Shown here one piece after another: positions 28,516 to 38,121 of a stretch of DNA of 64,000 bases. Both the position numbers and the translations under genes were made by a program. Positions within the stretch are counted from its first letter, which is position 1. Every line of letters starts with the position of its first letter. Below the pieces are notes generated by a model. That model ran no database searches. It was not told the DNA's origin and was given only the letters and a program-made list of their open reading frames with translations. Source of the DNA: an uncultured Actinomycetes bacterium (GTDB lineage Bacteria; Actinomycetota; Thermoleophilia; UBA2241); assembly GCA_963709345.1 (NCBI GenBank), contig CAVPVX010000007.1, forward strand, positions 32,001 to 96,000, given 5' to 3'.

Positions 28516-29844
28516 CTACCCGCTCATGCCGGGCAGGCGAAACCCCTTGACCCGGCCGCTCGAGAACATCTTGAGCATCTTCTGCATCTCACGGTACTGC
28601 TTCAGAAGATTGTTGACGTCTTGCACGGTCGTGCCGCTGCCGGCCGAGATGCGGCGCCGGCGGCTCCCGTCGATGATGTCCGGGTGGCGCCGCTCCTGCC
28701 GTGTCATGCTGAAGACCATCGCCTCGATGCGGTCCAGTTGCTTGTCGTCGACCTGTACGTTCTTGAGGTCCTTCATGCCGGGCACGCCGGGGAGCAGCCC
28801 CAGGATGCTTGAGAGCGAGCCCATCTTGCGAACCTGCTTGAGCTGATCGAGGAAGTCCTCGAAGGTGAACTCGGCGCGGCGGAGCTTCGCCTCCATCTCG
28901 GCCGCCTGCTTCTCGTCGAGCGACTCTTCAGCCTTCTCGATCAGGCTGAGGACGTCGCCCATGCCGAGGATGCGGCCCGCCATGCGGTCCGGGTGGAAGA
29001 CGTCGAAGTCGTCGAGCTTCTCCCCCGTGCTGGCGAACTTGACCGGCTTACCGGTGACGGCGCGCACGCTGAGCGCGGCGCCCCCGCGAGCGTCGCCGTC
29101 GAGCTTGGTGAGCACGACCCCGTCGAGGTCGACGTGGCCCTTGAAGGCGTCGGCGGCGTTCACAGCGTCCTGGCCGGTCATGGCGTCGACGACGAGCAGA
29201 ACGTTGTGCGGCTTCACCGCGTCACGGATGTTGACGAGCTCGGCCATGAGCTCCTCGTCGACGTGGAGCCGGCCGGCGGTGTCGACGATGGCGACGTCGC
29301 CGTGCTTGCGCGCGTAGGCGACGCCGTCTCGCGCGATGTCGACCGGGTCGAGGTGGGCGCCGGGCGCGTAGACGGGTACGCCCACACGCTCACCGAGCGT
29401 CTGCAACTGGTCGATGGCCGCCGGGCGGTAGACGTCGGCGGCCACAAGGACCGGCGACTTGCCGTCCTTCTTGAGCAGCTTGGCGAGCTTGGCACAGGTC
29501 GTGGTCTTACCGGAGCCCTGCAGGCCGGCCATCAGGATGACGGTGGGGGGATGGCCGCTGAACGCGAGCCTCGAGTCGCCGCTTCCCATGAGCGCGACGA
29601 GCTCCTCATTCACGATCTTCACGACCTGCTGCGCCGGCGTGAGGCTCTCCATGACCTCGGCGCCGAGCGCGCGCTCCTTGACGTTGCCGACGAACTCGCG
29701 CACCACCTTGAAATTGACGTCGGCCTCCAGCAGCGCCAGCCGGATCTCGCGCATCGCCGCGTCGACGTCCTCGGCGGTGAGCTTGCCGTGGCCTCTCAAG
29801 CTTTGCATGACCCCCTGGAGGCGGTCGGTGAGCGCGTCGAACAT
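28516..29844 (-). CDS. ffh: Signal recognition particle protein
   Basis: ALLEADVN, GLQGSGKTT, DTAGR, TKLDGDARGG and an M domain. Confidence 0.98.
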   Translation of the reverse strand: MFDALTDRLQGVMQSLRGHGKLTAEDVDAAMREIRLALLEADVNFKVVREFVGNVKERALGAEVMESLTPAQQVVKIVNEELVALMGSGDSRLAFSGHPPTVILMAGLQGSGKTTTCAKLAKLLKKDGKSPVLVAADVYRPAAIDQLQTLGERVGVPVYAPGAHLDPVDIARDGVAYARKHGDVAIVDTAGRLHVDEELMAELVNIRDAVKPHNVLLVVDAMTGQDAVNAADAFKGHVDLDGVVLTKLDGDARGGAALSVRAVTGKPVKFASTGEKLDDFDVFHPDRMAGRILGMGDVLSLIEKAEESLDEKQAAEMEAKLRRAEFTFEDFLDQLKQVRKMGSLSSILGLLPGVPGMKDLKNVQVDDKQLDRIEAMVFSMTRQERRHPDIIDGSRRRRISAGSGTTVQDVNNLLKQYREMQKMLKMFSSGRVKGFRLPGMSG

Positions 29845-29989
29845 GCGTGATCCTCGGTCGGTGCGCGGAGCGCCAATCGTAGCACGCGCCAGAGGCGTCC
29901 ACCCGCCGGCGGCGCGCAGCGCCTTCCTCGTCCGCACACTATGGCGGTCGTACTTTTGCCATTAAGACTACGACCAGCAGGATGCTGCG

Positions 29990-30218
29990 CTGCGCATCAC
30001 CAGCAAAGGCCAGGCCACCATGCCGCAGGACATCCGCGAGCGCTACGGGCTGTTGCCGCACACCGAGATGGAGTTCGCCGTCGACAACGGTGTCGTCGTT
30101 CTGCGCAAAGCGGAGGGAGGAAACCGACGGGCGCAAGAATGGGCACGGCGCTGTCGGGGCAGCCTCAGGCCGGGATGAGCACCGACGAGCTCATGCGGCT
30201 CACGCGTGGTGACGATCG
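29990..30218 (+). pseudogene. Degraded AbrB/MazE-family antitoxin
   Basis: (CTG)RITSKGQATMPQDIRERYGLLPHTEMEF...G* then a frameshift into MSTDELMRLTRG. Start codon appears to be CTG rather than ATG. Confidence 0.75.
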
Positions 30219-30410
30219 ATGCCGCCGAGAGTGCTGGTCGACACGAATGTCCTCGTCGACCTCCTCACCGACGATCACGATTGGGCGGATTTGGTCGACG
30301 GACGCCTTCTGCACCCCCAAGCGGCGGTCACCGGCATGCCGCTGCTCACTCGCGACGGCACGCGCTACCGCACCTGGTTCCCCACCGTGAAGCTGATCGC
30401 CCCAGAGGTG
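30219..30410 (+). pseudogene. Internally deleted PIN/VapC toxin remnant
   Basis: VLVDTNVLVDLLTDDHDWAD joined almost directly to AAVTGMPLLTRD..RYRTWFPTVKLIAP. The central part of the PIN domain is absent and there is no stop at the expected end. Confidence 0.75.
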
Positions 30411-30458
30411 CAGACCATCCGGTCGCCACGAAGTGGGCTGGCCGCACACGAACGGCTC

Positions 30459-31223
30459 TCACGACTCGCCTTCACCGACGCTTGCTCGATTGATCACGTT
30501 GGCCAGGTATCCGGCCCCGAAGCCGTTGTCGATATTGACGACGGACACGCCGGGGCTGCAGGAGTTGAGCATCGAGAGCAGCGCGGCCACGCCGCCGAAG
30601 CTCGCGCCGTAGCCGATGCTCGTCGGCACGGCGATCACCGGGGAGGCCACGAGCCCGCCGATGACGCTCGCCAGCGCGCCCTCCATGCCGGCGACGGCGA
30701 CGACGCAGTTGGCCTCGCGCAGCGCCTCCGTGTGGCCGAGCAACCGATGGATCCCGGCGACCCCGACGTCGTAGACACGCTCCACAAGACTCCCCGAGCA
30801 CTCGGCCGTGAGAGCCGCTTCTTCGGCGACAGGGATATCCGACGTACCCGCGGTGCACACGCAGACGAGACCCAGCGGCGTGACCGGTCCGGGGTTCACG
30901 ATCGCCAGACCGACGTCACGATGCATCTCCACCGGCACGCTCCGCTGCAGCTCGTCCAGGACCTCGGGCGAAGCCCGGGTGGCGAGGACGTTGAAGTGAC
31001 CGTGTGCGACCATGCGGCGGCTGATCTCGACGACCTGCGCGGCCGTCTTGCCGGCGCAGAAGACGGCCTCGCCATACCCTCTCCGCAGCTCGCGATGATG
31101 GTCGAGGTGGGCGAAGCCCAGATCCTCATACGGCAGATCGGACAGTCGCGCGACGGCGTCGTCGACCCCGGCGCTCCCGTCGCGGACCTTCTCGAGCAGA
31201 TCGCGCAGATCCCGTTCGTTCAT
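30459..31223 (-). CDS. larB: Nickel-pincer cofactor biosynthesis protein LarB (PurE-like)
   Basis: DLGFAHLDHHR, AGTSDIPVAEEA, DVGVAGIHRL, AGMEGALAS, VPTSIGYG, VVNIDNGFGA. Confidence 0.94.
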   Translation of the reverse strand: MNERDLRDLLEKVRDGSAGVDDAVARLSDLPYEDLGFAHLDHHRELRRGYGEAVFCAGKTAAQVVEISRRMVAHGHFNVLATRASPEVLDELQRSVPVEMHRDVGLAIVNPGPVTPLGLVCVCTAGTSDIPVAEEAALTAECSGSLVERVYDVGVAGIHRLLGHTEALREANCVVAVAGMEGALASVIGGLVASPVIAVPTSIGYGASFGGVAALLSMLNSCSPGVSVVNIDNGFGAGYLANVINRASVGEGES

Positions 31224-31253
31224 GGCGCCGTCTCCCCACGTCGATGGACCCGA

Positions 31254-32264
31254 CTACTCCTCCTCGCCATCCCCGCCGAAAATGGCGCGAGCGAAGACGT
31301 CGGGCTCGAACGGCCGCAGATCCTCGAGCCGTTCGCCGATCCCGATGAGCTTGATCGGGATCCCGAGCGTCTCGTGGATGGCGACCACGATGCCACCCTT
31401 GGCCGTGCCGTCGAGTTTCGTCAGCACGACGCCGCTGACGTCCACGACCTGGCCGAACTCCTGCGCCTGGCGCAGGCCGTTCTGACCCGTGGTCGCGTCG
31501 AGCACGAGGAGGGTCTCGTGCGGGGCGCCGGGCAGCTGTTTCTCGATGACCCGGCGCACCTTCTCAAGCTCGCGCATCAGGTTGACCTGGGTGTGCAGCC
31601 GGCCCGCGGTGTCGATGAGCACGACGTCGGCGCCGCGAGAGCGGGCGGCGGCGACCCCGTCGTAGACGACGGCCGCCGGGTCGCCGCCCTCGGCCTGCTT
31701 CACGATCTCGCAGCCGACGCGCTTCGCCCACTCACTCAGCTGCTCCACGGCGGCGGCGCGAAAGGTGTCGCCGGCGACCATGAGCGGTGTCTTCCCCATC
31801 TCCTTGAGCCGCCAGGCGATCTTGCCGATGGTCGTGGTCTTGCCGGTGCCGTTGACGCCGACCATCAGGATCACGGTCGGCTGCTCGGAAACGTCGATGC
31901 GCCGGCGCTCAGGGTCGTCGGGCCTCATGACCTCGGCGACCACGTCCGCCAGTTCGTTCTGGAACGGCTCGCGCGCTTCGATCTTCTTGGCTGTGCAGCG
32001 GCGCTCCAGCTCATCCACGATCCTGATGGTGCCGTCGACGCCGACGTCGGCGGCGATCAGCAGCTCCTCCACCTGCTCGTACAGCCGCCGGTCGACGCCC
32101 ACGTAGACGGCGCTCTTGAGCCCGCCGACGACAGCGCCACGGGCCTTGCCGAGGTTGCGGCGCAGGCGGCCGAAGAGGCCCCTGCGCTCCGCCGCTTCTT
32201 CTTCCAGGACGGCCGCCGGCACATCGGTCTCGGCGATGCCCTTGAACAGTTCGTGCCACTCCAC
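31254..32264 (-). CDS. ftsY: SRP receptor FtsY
   Basis: GVNGTGKTTT, DTFRAAA, DTAGRLH, TKLDGTAKGG. Confidence 0.98.
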   Translation of the reverse strand: MEWHELFKGIAETDVPAAVLEEEAAERRGLFGRLRRNLGKARGAVVGGLKSAVYVGVDRRLYEQVEELLIAADVGVDGTIRIVDELERRCTAKKIEAREPFQNELADVVAEVMRPDDPERRRIDVSEQPTVILMVGVNGTGKTTTIGKIAWRLKEMGKTPLMVAGDTFRAAAVEQLSEWAKRVGCEIVKQAEGGDPAAVVYDGVAAARSRGADVVLIDTAGRLHTQVNLMRELEKVRRVIEKQLPGAPHETLLVLDATTGQNGLRQAQEFGQVVDVSGVVLTKLDGTAKGGIVVAIHETLGIPIKLIGIGERLEDLRPFEPDVFARAIFGGDGEEE

Positions 32265-32312
32265 CTGAGTCAGACTCCCGTCCGCGGGCGCCGCAGACCG
32301 CCGCCCGTCGCT

Positions 32313-35300
32313 TCACTGTGCCGGCGCGACCGGCCTCGTCCGCTTCTGCGCGCGCTCCTCGCGCTCGATCTCTTCCTCAGCCATGCGCGCGCTCACGACC
32401 TGCGATGCCCCGTCCGCGCCCATGGTGACGCCGTACAGCACGTCGGCGGCCTCCATGGTCCGCTTCTGGTGCGTGATGATCACGAACTGCGTGCGCTCGC
32501 GGTAGTCGCGCAGCAGCTTCACCAGCCTGCCGATGTTGACGTCGTCCAGCGCCGCCTCGATCTCGTCGAGCACGTAGAAGGGGCACGGCCGCGCGAGAAC
32601 GAGCGCCATCAGGAAGGCGATCGCCACCAGGGCACGCTCGCCGCCGGACAGCAACTGAAGCCGCTTCCCCAGCTTCTTGGCCGGCTTGACCTCGACGGCG
32701 ACGCCACCCTGAGGGTGCTCCTCGTCCGGCTCGACGAGCTTGAGCGCGCCCCGTCCGCCCGGGAACAGCAGCGCCACCATGTGCTCGAACTGCTCCTGCA
32801 CGGCAGCGAAGGTCGCGGCGAACTCGGCGTCGACCTGCGCCGTGAGCTCCTTGATCAGTGATCCCAGGTCATCGATGGACTTCTCGAGGTCGCGCCTCTG
32901 CTCACGCAGAAAGCCGGCGCGCTCCGCCAACTCCGCACACTCGGCCTCGGCAAGGGGGTTCACGGGCCCGATGCGCTCCCTGCGCCTGGCGACGCGGTCG
33001 CGGCGTTCGCGCAGCGCCGCTTCCTCGGCCGCGTCGGCCGGGGGCGCGAATCCCGCCTGATCGAGCTTCTCGCTGATCGCTTCCAGCTCGGCGGCCAGCT
33101 CACCGCGGCGATCCTCCAGGCGGGCAAGGGCCACTTGTACCGTCGTCCTCCGCTCCCCCACGCCCTCGAGCTCCCGGCGCAGCCCGGCTTCGGACTCCGC
33201 GAGGCGGCGCAGTTCACCGCGGTCGAGGCCGGCTTCGTCGTCGTCGCCCGTGTCGAGCTGGGCGATGATCCGGGTCGAGTGGGCGCGCAGCGCCGCGGTA
33301 CGCGACTCGAGCGTCGCGCACGCGGTACGGACGTCGGGCAGCTCCGCCAGCCGCCTCTCCAGCTCGGAGAGCCGCTCCCGGTCCGCGGCGGCGCGACGGC
33401 GCGACGCCTCGCGCTGCTCCGCGGCGCGCGTGGCCGCGGCACGACGCTCGTCGAGCTCGACGCGCCGGCGCGTGACCGCCGCCAGTGAGTCGGCGTGCGC
33501 CGACTCGGCGTCGCGCAGCAGCGCCTCGGCCTCATCCGCCCGCGGCCGCTCGCGTTCCAGCGCGACGAGCGCAGCGGCAGCCGCGCCATCGGCTTCTTCC
33601 TTGCCCGCCAGAGCCTCCGCCGACTCAGCCGCCATGCCTTCCGCCGCCCGCCGGTCGCGCTGCATGACGTCGTCAAGGTCGCGCTGCCGAGCCCGGACCT
33701 GCTTGAGGTCGCGTTCGGCGGTCTCGGCCGCGATGCGCATCTCCCGCTCGGCGGCCTCCGCCTCTTCGGCGGAGGTGCGCGTCGAAGCGGCGCGCAGGCG
33801 ACATACGGCGAGGGCTGCCTCGTCGCGAGCCTCCCTCGCGGAAACGGAGGCGAGCTTCTCCGTCAGCCGCTCAAGCGTGGCGCGACGCTCCAGAAGAAGA
33901 GCCGCCGGCACCCCGCTGGCGAGCCCCATCTGACCGCCCAGCGGCCTGTAGAACTCGCCCTCCCGGGTCACCGCCAGCCCCGCGAAGCCCTCAGGCACGG
34001 CGCGCAGGTCGTCGACGATCACCACGTCGGCCAGAGCACCCTCGAGCTCGTCGTGGTCGCCAAAACCGACCTTGTCGGTCAGCGGCGCGGCGCCGGGGAA
34101 CGCGACCGCCGGTCGCCGGCGCCCCGGCACCACCAGCCGGGCCAGGCCGACGCCGGCGCGCTTGAGCGCCTCGAGCAGCGACCAATGGTCCACCCCTTCC
34201 GGGACCGCCAGCGCACCGGAGAGCTGGGCGAGAGCGGCCGCCAGCGCCCGCTCGTAGCCGGCTTCGCAGGTGACGCTCGCCGCGAGCGACACCGCTCCGG
34301 GGTACTCGTCGGCGATCTCGAGGACGTCGCCCCCGACGTCCTGGAGCTCGCGCAGAGCGGCGTTCAGGTGGTCCACCTCGGATTCGAGCGCGCGGCGTTC
34401 ACCGAGAGAGGAACGGTGCGCGTCCTCCGCGTCGCTCACCTCCCGGGCCGCATCCGCCGCCGCACCGGCCGCCGCCGCTGCCTCCGCGGCCGCCTCGCGC
34501 AGAGCCTCGCGCGCCGCAGCCTCGGCCTCGTGGGCGACGTGCTCCTGCACACCCTTCCCCGCCTCCTCAGCGGCAAGGGCGTCGTACTGGGCCGTGAGGC
34601 GCTTCTCTTCGCCCGCCAGCGCCTCCCGGCGCCGCTCCAGCCGCGCCGACATCGCAAGCGCGCCCTCCCGCTCCACGGTCAGATGGTCAAGAGCGGCCCG
34701 GCGAACGCTCAGCGCCTCGCGAGCGCTGCCCAGCCCACCGGTCGCCAGAGCGTGCGCCGCTTCGGCCGCTTCCAGCTCGGCAACGAGTCGCCGCTCCTCG
34801 TCCGGCCAGGTCTCGTCTTCGGGCCGCTCGGGCCGCCCGGCGAGTTCCGCGACGAGCCTCTCGCGCTCAGCCGCCGAGGCTCGCTCCACTTCGTCGAGGA
34901 GGTGCAGGCGCTGTTCCGCCAGGCGCCTGCCGCCCTCCAGCCGCCCGTCGAGGACGCGGGCACGAAGCAGACGACGCGACCGACGCTCGCGCTCGGCGAC
35001 GCGGCGGGCGAAGTCGTCCTCCTCGGCAGCGCGAGCGTCGGTGAGGCGGGTGATGCCCGCCTCCGCCCGTTCCCGCTCGGCGTCGGCGGCGGCCAGCTCC
35101 GCGCGCCGCGCGACCAGCTCCGCGTCGACGGCCTCGACCTCGCCGGTCAGCAGCCGTCCGCCGACCTCCGCCATCTCGCGCTCAGCCGTGCGCAGTTGCT
35201 CTGCGGCGCTGGCCTGACGGCGCAAAGGGGTGAGCTGCGACCCGACCTCGCGCTCGAGAAGCAGCGCACGCTCCAGATTGCGACCGACCTCGCGCAGCTT

Positions 35301-35837
35301 GAGGGCGGCGCGTTCACGACGCCGCTTGTACGCCCCGAGGCCTGCGGCTTCCTCGATCTGGCTGCGCCTATCCTCGGGCTTGCCTGCGAGGAACGATTCG
35401 ACCTTGCCTTGGCCGATGATCGAGTGCAGCTCTTTGCCGAAACCGACCTGCGCCATGAGCTCCACGACGTCGGTCAACCGGCACGACGACTGGTTGATCT
35501 GATACCGGGAGGAGCCGTCGCGCATGACGCGCCGGCTGATGCTCACCTCCGGGGTCGGCAGCGGCAGCCCTCCGTCGGCGTTGTCGAAGGTCAGCTCGAC
35601 CTCGGCCGACCCGCTCGCGCGCCGCCCGTCGCTGCCTGCGAAGATGACGTCCTGCATCGACGAACCGCGTACCGTGCTCGGGCTCTGCTCCCCCAGGGCC
35701 CAGATCACCGCGTCCGCGAGATTGCTCTTGCCGCTCCCGTTGGGTCCGATGACGACGCCGACGCCGGGCTCGAAGAGGAGCTCGGTCTGGCGCGGGAACG
35801 ACTTGAACCCCTTGAGGCGGAGTGCCTTGAGGTACAC
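32313..35837 (-). CDS. smc: Chromosome segregation protein SMC
   Basis: GFKSF, GPNGSGKSN, long coiled coils with a hinge, LSGGE, LDEIEAALD, ITHQK. Confidence 0.98.
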   Translation of the reverse strand: MYLKALRLKGFKSFPRQTELLFEPGVGVVIGPNGSGKSNLADAVIWALGEQSPSTVRGSSMQDVIFAGSDGRRASGSAEVELTFDNADGGLPLPTPEVSISRRVMRDGSSRYQINQSSCRLTDVVELMAQVGFGKELHSIIGQGKVESFLAGKPEDRRSQIEEAAGLGAYKRRRERAALKLREVGRNLERALLLEREVGSQLTPLRRQASAAEQLRTAEREMAEVGGRLLTGEVEAVDAELVARRAELAAADAERERAEAGITRLTDARAAEEDDFARRVAERERRSRRLLRARVLDGRLEGGRRLAEQRLHLLDEVERASAAERERLVAELAGRPERPEDETWPDEERRLVAELEAAEAAHALATGGLGSAREALSVRRAALDHLTVEREGALAMSARLERRREALAGEEKRLTAQYDALAAEEAGKGVQEHVAHEAEAAAREALREAAAEAAAAAGAAADAAREVSDAEDAHRSSLGERRALESEVDHLNAALRELQDVGGDVLEIADEYPGAVSLAASVTCEAGYERALAAALAQLSGALAVPEGVDHWSLLEALKRAGVGLARLVVPGRRRPAVAFPGAAPLTDKVGFGDHDELEGALADVVIVDDLRAVPEGFAGLAVTREGEFYRPLGGQMGLASGVPAALLLERRATLERLTEKLASVSAREARDEAALAVCRLRAASTRTSAEEAEAAEREMRIAAETAERDLKQVRARQRDLDDVMQRDRRAAEGMAAESAEALAGKEEADGAAAAALVALERERPRADEAEALLRDAESAHADSLAAVTRRRVELDERRAAATRAAEQREASRRRAAADRERLSELERRLAELPDVRTACATLESRTAALRAHSTRIIAQLDTGDDDEAGLDRGELRRLAESEAGLRRELEGVGERRTTVQVALARLEDRRGELAAELEAISEKLDQAGFAPPADAAEEAALRERRDRVARRRERIGPVNPLAEAECAELAERAGFLREQRRDLEKSIDDLGSLIKELTAQVDAEFAATFAAVQEQFEHMVALLFPGGRGALKLVEPDEEHPQGGVAVEVKPAKKLGKRLQLLSGGERALVAIAFLMALVLARPCPFYVLDEIEAALDDVNIGRLVKLLRDYRERTQFVIITHQKRTMEAADVLYGVTMGADGASQVVSARMAEEEIEREERAQKRTRPVAPAQ

Positions 35838-35839
35838 GC

Positions 35840-36694
35840 TCAGCCGGCCTTCGCGGCCGCGGCGGACGTGTCCGCCGGGTTCTTGCCGGCCGGCGCGCCC
35901 GGGGATGCTGCGGAGGCCTCGGGTGCGGCGGCGCCTTCCGGCGCCTCGCCGGCCACGGCGTCCGCCGGAGCCGGCCGCGCGCGCCGGCCGCGCAGGCGCG
36001 CTCGGCGAGACTTGCGACGGGCCTGCCTCTGAAGCTCATGGAGGGCTTCAGAGGCCGCCTCCTGCTCTGCGCGCTTCTTGCTGGTGCCGAAGCCGTGCCC
36101 GAGCGTCTCGCCGTCGACGACGGCCTCGATCTCGAACTCACGGTCGTGCGCCGGGCCGCTGTAGCCGAGCACGCGGTAGCCGACCGATCGGCCGCCGCGC
36201 GCGAGATGCTCCTGCAGTTCCGTCTTGTGATCGATGTAGCTGCTCTCCGCGTAGAGGATGTGCTCTTCAAAGACCTCGATGACGGCGGGGCGCACGGCCT
36301 CGTAGCCGAAGGTGACGTAGACGGCGCCGATGAGGGCCTCGGTGAGGTCCGCGAGAACGTTCTGGTTGGTCTGCAACTGCGACGCGTCGCCGGCCTCCGC
36401 CGACGAACCGGCGTACTGCTTGAGCAGCTTGCCGAGACCGAGCTTCGACGCCACCCTGGCGCAGGTCGCCCGGCTCACGACGTACGCGCGCAGACGCGCG
36501 AGGTGTCCCTCGGCGAAGCCGGGAAAGCGGCGGTACAACTCGGTCGTGATGCACAGACTGAGCACGCTGTCGCCGAGGAACTCGAGTCGCTCGTACGACT
36601 GCGCCCGGTCGGCCGCCCACGAGGTGTGCGTGAACACCTGGCGCATGCTGGCCGGGTCGAGCTGTTCGGCGAGCGTGAGGAGTCGGTTGGTCAC
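35840..36694 (-). CDS. rnc: Ribonuclease III
   Basis: ERLEFLGDSVL, EALIGAVY, and a dsRBD (KTELQE..SKKRAEQEAA). Confidence 0.97.
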   Translation of the reverse strand: MTNRLLTLAEQLDPASMRQVFTHTSWAADRAQSYERLEFLGDSVLSLCITTELYRRFPGFAEGHLARLRAYVVSRATCARVASKLGLGKLLKQYAGSSAEAGDASQLQTNQNVLADLTEALIGAVYVTFGYEAVRPAVIEVFEEHILYAESSYIDHKTELQEHLARGGRSVGYRVLGYSGPAHDREFEIEAVVDGETLGHGFGTSKKRAEQEAASEALHELQRQARRKSRRARLRGRRARPAPADAVAGEAPEGAAAPEASAASPGAPAGKNPADTSAAAAKAG

Positions 36695-36770
36695 AGTCTC
36701 ACACGGCGACGAGGGGACGCCTCCCGGCTGCAGGAGACACCCCCTCGTCACCCCCTGCGGGATCGCCTGG

Positions 36771-37016
36771 CTAGGCGTCGACCCGCGTCATGACGAAGTC
36801 GACCGCGTCGCCGACCGTCTTGATCTGTGCGGCTTCTTCGTCGCTGATCTTGATGCCGAACTTCTCTTCCATGGTCATCACGAGCTCGACCAGGTCGAGC
36901 GAGTCCGTCTCGAGGTCTTCCTGGAAGCGGGCCTCCAGGGTCACTTTGTCGTCGTCGACGCTGAGCGTCTCGACGAGGATCCCCTTGACGTGCTCGAACA
37001 CCTCTTCACGGGTCAT
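36771..37016 (-). CDS. acpP: Acyl carrier protein
   Basis: DLETDSLDLVELVM, KTVGDAV. RBS GGAGG. Confidence 0.97.
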   Translation of the reverse strand: MTREEVFEHVKGILVETLSVDDDKVTLEARFQEDLETDSLDLVELVMTMEEKFGIKISDEEAAQIKTVGDAVDFVMTRVDA

Positions 37017-37047
37017 CTGGCGAACCTCCGGGCGAGTTTGCGTGAGT

Positions 37048-38121
37048 CTACACCGAGCCGCCCTGCGTCCCAAGCTCACGCGAGATGGTCGGAAGGAGGT
37101 CGCTGACGGCGCCGCGCCGGGCCATGCGCACCGCCTGGGCGATGCCGCGGGCGCGGGAGTTGCCGTGGGCGATCACGACCGGCGCCTTCATGCCCACGAG
37201 CAGGGCGCCCCCGAACTCCTCCGGATCCAGCGCGTCCTTGAGGACCATGAGGTCATGACGCAGGAGCAGCCCGCCCAGCTTCGTCGCGAGGTTCAGATCG
37301 ATGGTCGCGCGCAGCGCCCCCAGGATGGCCTTCGCGGAGCCTTCGATCGTCTTGAGCGCCACGTTCCCGGTGAAGCCGTCGGTGACGACGACGTCAACAG
37401 TGCGGTTCATGATGTCGCGGCCCTCGATGTTGCCGGAGAACCTGATGCGCTCGTCGCCGGCGATAAGCCGATGGGCCTCGATGACGTCGGGAGTGCCCTT
37501 GCTCGGCTCCTCGCCGATGCTGAGGAGGCCGATGTCAGGATCGGAGATGCCCATCACCTCGCGGGCGAACGCCTGCCCCATCACCGCGAACTGACGCAGG
37601 TGTTCCGGGCGGACCTCCGCGTTGGCGCCGACGTCGAGGAAGGCGATCGGCGACGGCATGGCCGGCATGATGGTGCAGATGGCCGGCCGCTGCACGCCGG
37701 GGATCCGGCGGATGTAGAGGACGCTGCCGGCAACGACGGCTCCGGTGTTCCCGGCGCTCACGAAGGAGTCGGCCTCCCCGTCGTGCACCAGCTTGAGCCC
37801 TACGACGATGCTCGAGCCCGTCTTTGCCCGGGCAGCCGGCGCCGGCTCCTCGTCGTAGCCGATGACGTCGGGCGCGTGCACGATGGACACATGCTCACAG
37901 CCCTGTGGAAGGAGCGGGCGGACGCGCGCCTCGTCGCCGGTGAACACGATGTGCAACTGGGGGCCGGCGGCCTGAAGAGCGCCGCGGACGATCTCGTCCG
38001 GCGCGTTGTCGCCACCGGCCGCGTCGACGACCACCCTGATCACGCGGTCGTCGGTGAGAGCGCTCCAGGCCGCGGTGACGGAGTGTGGCGACGTGTACCC
38101 GCGACTTGCCGACCCGCTCAT
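37048..38121 (-). CDS. plsX: Phosphate acyltransferase PlsX (start 38121 or 38043)
   Basis: DAAGGDNAP, SAGNTGA, LDVGANA, IGEEPSKG, GNIEG, DGFTGNVALK, IAHGNS. Confidence 0.96.
   Translation of the reverse strand: MSGSASRGYTSPHSVTAAWSALTDDRVIRVVVDAAGGDNAPDEIVRGALQAAGPQLHIVFTGDEARVRPLLPQGCEHVSIVHAPDVIGYDEEPAPAARAKTGSSIVVGLKLVHDGEADSFVSAGNTGAVVAGSVLYIRRIPGVQRPAICTIMPAMPSPIAFLDVGANAEVRPEHLRQFAVMGQAFAREVMGISDPDIGLLSIGEEPSKGTPDVIEAHRLIAGDERIRFSGNIEGRDIMNRTVDVVVTDGFTGNVALKTIEGSAKAILGALRATIDLNLATKLGGLLLRHDLMVLKDALDPEEFGGALLVGMKAPVVIAHGNSRARGIAQAVRMARRGAVSDLLPTISRELGTQGGSV

Noticed and set aside
30219-32861. 880-aa plus-strand ORF starting with a PIN motif, and other long plus-strand ORFs such as 54996..57818, 33495..36032 and 47279..49666
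   Set aside because: They are antisense shadows of real minus-strand genes in high-GC DNA. Only the first 64 or so codons of the 880-aa ORF are PIN-derived.
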